A stretch of DNA of 25,906 nt from assembly GCA_043228905.1 (NCBI GenBank), contig JBHGNT010000433.1:1-25906 (forward strand). Direction: 5' to 3'. Of the stretch, positions 11,137 through 21,500 are shown in pieces (position 1 is the stretch's first letter; the number at the start of each line of letters is the position of its first letter). The DNA comes from Azolla caroliniana. Its lineage: Eukaryota > Plantae > Polypodiophyta. The notes beneath the pieces are model-generated. The model searched no databases, was not told the origin of the DNA, and saw nothing but the letters and a program-made list of their open reading frames with translations. A program made the translations under genes and the position numbers.

Positions 11137-13811
11137 GAGTAAATTAAAATGTTCATACCTGGCTCGTGTGATCCCGGATTTCTGTGTTCAAAGATGCGAA
11201 TCGAAGCTAACAACACTACCTATAATATGGAATTAAGAAATCGAGATTTTGATACTCAGGTCGAGAGACATGAAGAAATTACCAAATTTGAAGAGGGAGT
11301 TGAGAAGAGCGCGTGAGTAAATTAAAATGCTCATACCTGGCTCGTGTGATATCGGATTTTTATGTTCAAACACGCGATTCGAAGCTAACAATGCCACCCA
11401 TGAGATGGAATTAGAAAACGAAGATTTTGAAACTCAGGTCGAGAGACATGAAGAAATTACCAAATTTGAGGAGGGAGTTGAGAAGAGCGCGTGAGTAAAT
11501 TAAAATGTTCATACCTGGCTCGTGTGATCCCGGATTTTTGTGTTAAAACATCCGAATGGAAGCTAACAATGCTAGCTATGATATAGAATTAAAAAATCAA
11601 GATTTTGAAGCTCAGGTCAAGAGACATGAAGAAATTACCAAATTTGACGAGGGAGTTGAAAAGAGCGCGTGAGTAAATTAAAATGTTCATACCTGGCTCG
11701 TGTGATATCGGAATTTTAGTGTTCAAACATGCGAATCGAAGCTAACAACGCTGCCTATGATATGGAATTAAAAAATCAAGATTTTGAAACTCAGGTCGAG
11801 AGACATGAAGAAATTGGCAAGTTAGAAGAGGGAGTTGAGAAGAGCGCGTGAGTAAATTAAAATGTTCATACCTGGCTCGTGTGATCCCGGATTTCTGTGT
11901 TCAAAGATGCGAATCGAAGCTAACAACACTACCTATAATATGGAATTAAGAAATCGAGATTTTGAAACTCAGGTCGAGAGACATGAAGAAATTACCAAAT
12001 TTGAAGAGGGAGTTGAGAAGAGCGCGTGAGTAAATTAAAATGCTCATACCTGGCTCGTGTGATCCCGGATTTTTGTGTTAAAACATCCGAATGGAAGCTA
12101 ACAATGCTAGCTATGATATAGAATTAAAAAATCAAGATTTTGAAGCTCAGGTCAAGAGACATGAAGAAATTACCAAATTTGACGAGGGAGTTGAAAAGAG
12201 CGCGTGAGTAAATTAAAATGTTCATACCTGGCTCGTGTGATATCGGATTTTAGTGTTCAAAGATGCGAATCGAAGCTAATAACGCTACCTATAATATGGA
12301 ATTAAAAAATCAAGATTTTGAAACTCAGGTCGAGAGACATGAAGAAATTACCAAATTTGAGGAGGGAGTTGAGAAGAGCGCGTGAGTAAATTAAAATGTT
12401 CATACCTGGCTCGTGTGATCCCGGATTTTTGTATTCAAAGATTCCCAATCGAAACTAATAACACTAGCTATGATATAGAATAAAAAAATCAAGATTTTGA
12501 AACTCAGTTCGAGAGACATGAAGAAATTACCAAATTTGACGAGGGAGTTGAGAAGAGCGCGTGAGTAAATTAAAATGTTCATACCTGGCTCGTGTGATAT
12601 CTGATTTCTATATTCAAACATGCGAATCGAAGCTAACAACGCTACCTATGATATAGAATTAAAAAATCAAGATTTTGAAACTCAGGTCGAGAGACATGAA
12701 GAAATTACCAAATTTGAGGAGGGAGTTGAGAAGAGCACGTGAGTAAATTAAAATGTTCATACCTGGCTCGTGTGATATCGGATTTTAGTGTTCAAAGATG
12801 CGAATCGAAGCTAACAACACTAGCTATGATATAGAATCAAAAAATCAATATTTTGAAACTCAGGTCGAGGGACATGAAGAAATTACCAAATTTGACGAGG
12901 GAGTTGAGAAGAGCGCATGAGTAAATTAAAATGTTCATACCTTGCTCGTGTGATCCCGGATTTATGTGTTCAAAGATGCGAATCGAAGCTAACAACGTTA
13001 CCTATAATATGGAATTAAGAAAATCGAGATTCTGAAACTCAGGTCGAGAGACATGAAGAAATTACCAAATTTGAAGAGGGAGTTGAGAAGAGCCCGTGAG
13101 TAAATAAAAATGCTCATACCTGGCTCGTGTGATATCGGATTTTTGTGTTCAAACATGCGATTCGAAGCTAACAACGCTACCTATGAGATGGAATTAAAAA
13201 ACGAAGATTTTGAATCTCAGGTCGAGAGACATTAAGAAATTACCAAATTTGACGAGGGAGTTGAGAAGAGCGCGTGAGTAAATTAAAATGTTCATACCGG
13301 GCTCGTGTGATCCCAAATTTTTGTGTTCAAAGATGCGAATCGAAGCTAACAACACTAGCTATGATATAGAATCAAAAAATCCAGATTTTGAAACTCAGGT
13401 CGACAGACATGAAGAAATTGGCAAGTTAGAAGAGGGATTTGAGAAGAGCCTGTGAGTAAATTAAAATGTTCATACCTGGCTCGTGTGATCCCGGATTTTT
13501 GTGTTCAAAGATGCCAAATCGAAGTTAACAACACTGGCTATGAAGTAGAATAAAAAAATCAAGATTATAAAACTCAGTTCGAGAGACATTAAGAAATTGG
13601 CAAGTTAGAAGAGGGAGTTGAGAAGAGCGCGTGAGTAAATTAAAATGTTCATACCTGGCTCGTGTGATCCTGGATTTTTGTATTCAAAGATTCCCAATCG
13701 AAACTAATAACACTAGCTATGATATAGAATAAAAAAATCAAGATTTTGAAACTCAGTTCGAGAGACATGAAGAAATTGGCAAGTTAGAAGAGGGAGTTTA
13801 GAAGAGCGCGT
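11137..13811. repeat. 15-monomer HOR copy 3
   Basis: Same order as copy 2 and shares its SNVs (13299 = 7238+6061; 13671 = 7610+6061). Confidence 0.92.
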
Positions 13812-15771
13812 GAGTAAATTAAAATGTTCATACCTGGCTCGTGTGATCCCGGATTTCTGTGTTCAAAGATGCGAATCGAAGCTAACAACACTACCTATAA
13901 TATGGAATTAAGAAATCGAGATTTTGATACTCAGGTCGAGAGACATGAAGAAATTACCAAATTTGAAGAGGGAGTTGAGAAGAGCGCGTGAGTAAATTAA
14001 AATGCTCATACCTGGCTCGTGTGATATCAGATTTTTATGTTCAAACACGCGATTCGAAGCTAACAATGCCACCCATGAGATGGAATTAGAAAACGAAGAT
14101 TTTGAAACTCAGGTCGAGAGACATGAAGAAATTACCAAATTTGAGGAGGGAGTTGAGAAGAGCGCGTGAGTAAATTAAAATGTTCATACCTGGCTCGTGT
14201 GATCCCGGATTTTTGTGTTAAAACATCCGAATGGAAGCTAACAATGCTAGCTATGATATAGAATTAAAAAATCAAGATTTTGAAGCTCAGGTCAAGAGAC
14301 ATGAAGAAATTACCAAATTTGACGAGGGAGTTGAAAAGAGCGCGTGAGTAAATTAAAATGTTCATACCTGGCTCGTGTGATATCGGAATTTTAGTGTTCA
14401 AACATGCGAATCGAAGCTAACAACGCTGCCTATGATATGGAATTAAAAAATCAAGATTTTGAAACTCAGGTCGAGAGACATGAAGAAATTGGCAAGTTAG
14501 AAGAGGGAGTTGAGAAGAGCGCGTGAGTAAATTAAAATGTTCATACCTGGCTCGTGTGATCCCGGATTTCTGTGTTCAAAGATGCGAATCGAAGCTAACA
14601 ACACTACCTATAATATGGAATTAAGAAATCGAGATTTTGAAACTCAGGTCGAGAGACATGAAGAAATTACCAAATTGGAAGAGGGAGTTGAGAAGAGCGC
14701 GTGAGTAAATTAAAATGCTCATACCTGGCTCGTGTGATCCCGGATTTTTGTGTTAAAACATCCGAATGGAAGCTAACAATGCTAGCTATGATATAGAATT
14801 AAAAAATCAAGATTTTGAAGCTCAGGTCAAGAGACATGAAGAAATTACCAAATTTGACGAGGGAGTTGAAAAGAGCGCGTGAGTAAATTAAAATGTTCAT
14901 ACCTGGCTCGTGTGATATCGGATTTTAGTGTTCAAAGATGCGAATCGAAGCTAATAACGCTACCTATAATATGGAATTAAAAAATCGAGATTTTGAAACT
15001 CAGGTCGAGAGACATGAAGAAATTACCAAATTTGAGGAGGGAGTTGAGAATAGCGGGTGAGTAAATTAAAATGTTCATACCTGGCTCGTGTGATCCCGGA
15101 TTTTTGTATTCAAAGATTCCCAATCGAAACTAATAACACTAGCTATGATATAGAATAAAAAAATCAAGATTTTGAAACTCAGTTCGAGAGACATGAAGAA
15201 ATTACCAAATTTGACGAGGGGGTTGAGAAGAGCGCGTGAGTAAATTAAAATGTTCATACCTGGCTCGTGTGATATCTGATTTCTATATTCAAACATGCGA
15301 ATCGAAGCTAACAACGCTACCTATGATATAGAATTAAAAAATCAAGATTTTGAAACTCAGGTCGAGAGACATGAAGAAATTACCAAATTTGAGGAGGGAG
15401 TTGAGAAGAGCACGTGAGTAAATTAAAATGTTCATACCTGGCTCGTGTGATATCGGATTTTAGTGTTCAAAGATGCGAATCGAAGCTAACAACACTAGCT
15501 ATGATATAGAATCAAAAAATCAATATTTTGAAACTCAGGTCGAGGGACATGAAGAAATTACCAAATTTGACGAGGGAGTTGAGAAGAGCGCATGAGTAAA
15601 TTAAAATGTTCATACCTGGCTCGTGTGATATCGGATTTTTGTGTTCAAAGATGCGAATCGAAGCAAACAATACTAGCTATGATATAGAATCAAAAAGTCA
15701 AGATTTTGAAACTCAGGTCGAGAGACATCAAGAAATTGGCAAGTTAGAAGAGGGAGTTGAGAAGAGCCCGT
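13812..15771. repeat. 11-monomer HOR variant 11*, copy 2
   Basis: Shares SNVs 14029, 14677 and 15221 with 7968, 8616 and 9160 (offset 6061). Confidence 0.9.
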
Positions 15772-17197
15772 GAGTAAATTAAAATGTTCATACCTGGCTC
15801 GTGTGATCCCGGATTTTTGTATTCAAAGATGCCCAATCGAAGCTAATAACACTAGCTATGATATAGAATAAAAAAATCTAGATTTTGAAACTCAGTTCGA
15901 GAGACATGAAGAAATTGGCAAGTTAGAAGAGGGAGTTTAGAAGAGCGCATGAGTAAATTAAAATGTTCATACCTGGCTCGTGTGATATCGGATTTTTGTG
16001 TTCAAAGATGCGAATCGAAGCTAACAACACTAGCTATAATATAGAATGAAGAAATCGAGATTCTAAAACTCAGGTCGAGAGACATGAAGAAATTGGCAAG
16101 TTAGAAGAGGGAGTTGAGAAGAGCGGGTGAGTAAATTAAAATGTTCATACCTGGCTCGTGTAATCCCGGATTTCTGTGTTAAAACATCCGAATGGAAGCT
16201 AACAATGCTAGCTATGATATAGAATTAAAAAATCAAGATTTTGAAGCTCAGGTCAAGAGACATGAAGAAATTACCAAATTTGACGAGGGAGTTGAAAAGA
16301 GCGCGTGAGTAAATTAAAATGTTCATACCTGGCTCGTGTGATATCGGATTTTAGTGTTCAAAGATGCGAATCGAAGCTAATAACGCTACCTATAATATGG
16401 AATTAAAAAATCGAGATTTTGAAACTCAGGTCGAGAGACATGAAGAAATTACCAAATTTGAGGAGGGAGTTGAGAATAGCGGGTGAGTAAATTAAAATGT
16501 TCATACCTGGCTCGTGTGATCCCGGATTTTTGTATTCAAAGATTCCCAATCGAAACTAATAACACTAGCTATGATATAGAATAAAAAAATCAAGATTTTG
16601 AAACTCAGTTCGAGAGACATGAAGAAATTACCAAATTTGACGAGGGAGTTGAGAAGAGCGCGTGAGTAAATTAAAATGTTCATACCTGGCTCGTGTGATA
16701 TCTGATTTCTATATTCAAACATGCGAATCGAAGCTAACAACGCTACCTATGATATAGAATTAAAAAATCAAGATTTTGAAACTCAGGTCGAGAGACATGA
16801 AGAAATTACCAAATTTGAGGAGGGAGTTGAGAAGAGCACGTGAGTAAATTAAAATGTTCATACCTGGCTCGTGTGATATCGGATTTTAGTGTTCAAAGAT
16901 GCGAATCGAAGCTAACAACACTAGCTATGATATAGAATCAAAAAATCAATATTTTGAAACTCAGGTCGAGGGACATGAAGAAATTACCAAATTTGACGAG
17001 GGAGTTGAGAAGAGCGCATGAGTAAATTAAAATGTTCATACCTGGCTCGTGTGATATCGGATTTTTGTGTTCAAAGATGCGAATCGAAGCAAACAATACT
17101 AGCTATGATATAGAATCAAAAAGTCAAGATTTTGAAACTCAGGTCGAGAGACATCAAGAAATTGGCAAGTTAGAAGAGGGAGTTGAGAAGAGCCCGT
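15772..17197. repeat. 8-monomer HOR copy 2
   Basis: O P Q E* F G H N. ORF spacing 15075 to 16501 is 1426 bp. Confidence 0.92.
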
Positions 17198-18421
17198 GAG
17201 TAAATTAAAATGTTCATACCTGGCTCGTGTGATCCCGGATTTTTGTATTCAAAGATGCCCAATCGAAGCTAATAACACTAGCTATGATATAGAATAAAAA
17301 AATCTAGATTTTGAAACTCAGTTCGAGAGACATGAAGAAATTGGCAAGTTAGAAGAGGGAGTTTAGAAGAGCGCATGAGTAAATTAAAATGTTCATACCT
17401 GGCTCGTGTGATATCGGATTTTTGTGTTCAAAGATGCGAATCGAAGCTAACAACACTAGCTATAATATAGAATGAAGAAATCGAGATTCTAAAACTCAGG
17501 TCGAGAGACATGAAGAAATTGGCAAGTTAGAAGAGGGAGTTGAGAAGAGCGGGTGAGTAAATTAAAATGTTCATACCTGGCTCGTGTAATCCCGGATTTC
17601 TGTGTTAAAACATCCGAATGGAAGCTAACAATGCTAGCTATGATATAGAATTAAAAAATCAAGATTTTGAAGCTCAGGTCAAGAGACATGAAGAAATTAC
17701 CAAATTTGACGAGGGAGTTGAAAAGAGCGCGTGAGTAAATTAAAATGTTCATACCTGGCTCGTGTGATATCGGATTTTAGTGTTCAAAGATGCGAATCGA
17801 AGCTAATAACGCTACCTATAATATGGAATTAAAAAATCGAGATTTTGAAACTCAGGTCGAGAGACATGAAGAAATTACCAAATTTGAGGAGGGAGTTGAG
17901 AATAGCGGGTGAGTAAATTAAAATGTTCATACCTGGCTCGTGTGATCCCGGATTTTTGTATTCAAAGATTCCCAATCGAAACTAATAACACTAGCTATGA
18001 TATAGAATAAAAAAATCAAGATTTTGAAACTCAGTTCGAGAGACATGAAGAAATTACCAAATTTGACGAGGGAGTTGAGAAGAGCGCGTGAGTAAATTAA
18101 AATGTTCATACCTGGCTCGTGTGATATCTGATTTCTATATTCAAACATGCGAATCGAAGCTAACAACGCTACCTATGATATAGAATTAAAAAATCAAGAT
18201 TTTGAAACTCAGGTCGAGAGACATGAAGAAATTACCAAATTTGAGGAGGGAGTTGAGAAGAGCACGTGAGTAAATTAAAATGTTCATACCTGGCTCGTGT
18301 GATATCGGATAAGCTAACAACACTAGCTATGATATAGAATCAAAAAATCAATATTTTGAAACTCAGGTCGAGGGACATGAAGAAATTACCAAATTTGACG
18401 AGGGAGTTGAGAAGAGCGCAT
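17198..18421. repeat. 8-monomer HOR copy 3, truncated (O P Q E* F G H with 24-bp deletion; N absent)
   Basis: ORF spacing 16501 to 17927 is 1426 bp. Monomer H at 18268 is 154 bp and is not followed by N. Confidence 0.9.
18268..18421. other. Monomer H with 24-bp internal deletion (junction 18310/18311)
   Basis: Reads gatatcggat|aagctaac, where intact H reads gatatcggat-tttagtgttcaaagatgcgaatcg-aagctaac. Anchor spacing is 154. Confidence 0.93.
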
Positions 18422-18556
18422 GAGTAAATTAAAACATGCGAATGGAAGCTAACAATGCAAGCTATGATATAGAATTAGAAAATCAAGATTTTGAAGCTCA
18501 AGTCAAGAGACATGAAGAAATTACCAAATTTGACGAGGGAGTTGAAAAGAGCGCGT
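18422..18556. other. C-family monomer with 43-bp deletion at a TTAAAA microhomology (18429-18434)
   Basis: Reads gagtaaaTTAAAAcatgcg. The intact relative at 20693 reads gagtaaaTTAAAAtgttc...tttgtgTTAAAAcatgcg. Anchor spacing is 135. Confidence 0.93.
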
Positions 18557-21500
18557 GAGTAAATTAAAATGTTCATACCTGGCTCGTGTGATATCGGATA
18601 TTTGTGTTCAAAGATGCGAATCGAAGCTAATAATGCTACCTATAATATGGAATTAAAAAATTGATATTTTGAAACTCAGGTCAAGAGACATGAAAAAATT
18701 ACCAAATTTGAAGAGGGAGTTGAGAAGAGCGCGTGAGTAAATTAAAATGCTCATACCTGGCTCGTGTGATATCGGATTTTTATGTTCAAACACGCGATTC
18801 GAAGCTAACAATGCCACCCATGAGATGGAATTAAAAAACGAAGATTTTGAAACTCAGGTCGAGAGACATGAAGAAATTACCAAATTTGAGGAGGGAGTTG
18901 AGAAGAGCGCGTGAGTAAATTAAAATGTTCATACCTGGCTCGTGTGATCCCGGATGTTTGTGTTAAAACATCCGAATGGAAGCTAACAATGCTAGCTATG
19001 ATATAGAATTAAAAAATCAAGATTTTGAAGCTCAGGTCAAGTGACATGAAGAAATTACCAAATCTGACGAGGGAGTTGAAAAGAGCGCGTGAGTAAATTA
19101 AAATGTTCATACCTGGCTCGTGTGATATCGGATTTTAGTGTTCAAAGATGCGAATCGAAGCTAATAACGCTACCTATAATATGGAATTAAAAAATTGATA
19201 TTTTGAAACTCAGGTCGAGAGACATGAAGAAATTACCAAATTTGAAGAGGGAGTTGAGAAGAGCGCGTGAGTAAATTAAAATGCTCATACCTGGCTCGTG
19301 TGATATCGGATTTTTATGTTCAAACACGCGATTCGAAGCTAACAATGCCACCTATGAGATGGAATTAAAAAACGAAGATTTTGAAACTCAGGTCGCGAGA
19401 CATGAAGAAATTACCAAATTTGAGGAGGGAGTTGAGAAGAGCGCGTGAGTAAATTAAAATGTTCATACCTGGCTCGTGTGATCCCGGATTTTTGTGTTAA
19501 AACATCCGAATGGAAGCTAACAATGCTAGCTATGATATAGAATTAAAAAATCAAGATTTTGAAGCTCAGGTCAAGAGACATGAAGAAATTACCAAATTTG
19601 ACGAGGGAGTTGAAAAGAGCGCGTGAATAAATTAACATGTTTATACCTGGCTCGTGTGGTCCCGGATTTCTGTGTTCAAAAATGTGAATCGAAGCTAACA
19701 ACGCTACCTATAATATGGAATTAAGAAATCGAGATTTTGAAACTCAGGTCGAGAGACATGAAGAAATTACCAAATTTGAAGAGGGAGTTGAGAAGAGCGC
19801 GTGAGTAAATTAAAATCCTCATACCTGGCTCGTGTGATATCGGATTTTTGTGTTCAAACATGCGATTCGAAGCTAACTATGCTACCTATGAGATGGAATT
19901 AAAAAACGAAGATTTTGAAACTCAGGTCGAGAGACATGAAGAAATTACCAAATTTGAGGAGGGAGTTGAGAAGAGCGCGTGAGTAAATTAAAATGTTCAT
20001 ACCTGGCTTGTGTGATCCCGGATTTCTGTGTTAAAACATGCGAATGGAAGCTAACAATGGTAGCTATGATATAGAATTACAAAATCAAGATTTTGAAGCT
20101 CAGGTCAAGAGACATGAAGAAATTACCAAATTTGACGAGGGAGTTGAAAAGAGCGCGTGAGTAAATTAAAATGTTCATACCATGCTCGTGTCATATCGGA
20201 TTTTAGTGTTCAAAGATGCGAATCGAAGCTAATAACGCTACCTATAATATGGAATTAAAAAATCGAGATTTTGAAACTCAAGTCGAGAGACATGAAGAAA
20301 TTACCAAATTTGAGGAGGGAGTTGAGAAGAGCGGGTGAGTAAATTAAAATGTTCATACCTGGCTCGTGTGATCTCGGATTTCTGTGTTCAAAGATGTGAA
20401 TCGAAGCTAACAATGCTACCTATAATATGGAATTAAGAAATCGAGATTTTGAAACTCAGGTCGAGAGACATGAAGAAATTACCAAATTTGAAGAGGGAGT
20501 TGAGAAGAGCGCGTGAGTAAATTAAAATGTTCATACCTGGCTCGTGTGATCCCGGATTTTTGTGTTAAAACATGCGAATGGAAGCTAACAATGCTAGCTA
20601 TGATATAGAATTAAAAAATCAAGATTATGAAACTCAGGTCGAGAGACATGAAGAAATTACCAAATTTGACGAGGGAGTTGAGAAGAGCGCGTGAGTAAAT
20701 TAAAATGTTCATACCTGGCTCGTGTGATCCCGGATTTTTGTGTTAAAACATGCGAATGGAAGCTAACAATGCAAGCTATGATATAGAATTAGAAAATCAA
20801 GATTTTGAAGCTCAAGTCAAGAGACATGAAGAAATTACCAAATTTGACGAGGGAGTTGAAAAGAGCGCGTGAGTAAATTAAAATGTTCATACCTGGCTCG
20901 TGTGATATCGGATTTTAGTGTTCAAAGATGCGAATCGAAGCTAATAACGCTACCTATAATATGGAATTAAAAAATCGAGATTTTGAAACTCAGATCGAGA
21001 GACATGAAGAAATTATCAAATTTGAAGAGGGAGTTGAGAAGAGCGCGTGAGTAAATTAAAATCCTCATACCTGGCTCGTGTGATATCGGATTTTTATGTT
21101 CAAACACGCGATTCGAAGCTAACAATGCCACCTATGAGATGGAATTAAAAAACGAAGATTTTGAAACTCAGGTCGAGAGACATGAAGAAATTACCAAATT
21201 TGAGGAGGGAGTTGAGAAGAGCGCGTGAGTAAATTAAAATGTTCATACCTGGCTCGTGTGATCCCGGATTTTTGTGTTAAAACATCCGAATGGAAGCTAA
21301 CAATGCTAGCTATGATATAGAATTAAAAAATCAAGATTTTGAAGCTTAGGTCAAGAGACATGAAGAAATTACCAAATTTGACGAGGGAGTTGAAAAGAGC
21401 GCGTGAGTAAATTAAAATGTTTATACCTGGCTCGTGTGGTCCCGGATTTCTGTGTTCAAAGATGTGAATCGAAGCTAACAACGCTACCTATAATATGGAA

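Larger units (their letters stand above)
5076..17197. repeat. Tandem duplication of a 34-monomer super-unit (15+11*+8 = 6061 bp), two copies
   Basis: ORF offsets 6339/12400, 9014/15075 and 10440/16501 are all 6061. Five SNVs are shared by the two copies only; I noticed two differences (5500/11561, 6867/12928). Confidence 0.9.

Noticed and set aside
1704-18166. Nine near-identical 79-aa minus-strand ORFs
   Set aside because: Each lies across the F-G monomer pair, starts at TTG, and is open only because of F/G-specific variants. Since 178 is not a multiple of 3, homologous DNA is read in different frames within the ORF. There is no recognisable domain or gene context, and the hydrophobic stretch reflects the T-rich strand. 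Used only as an HOR marker.
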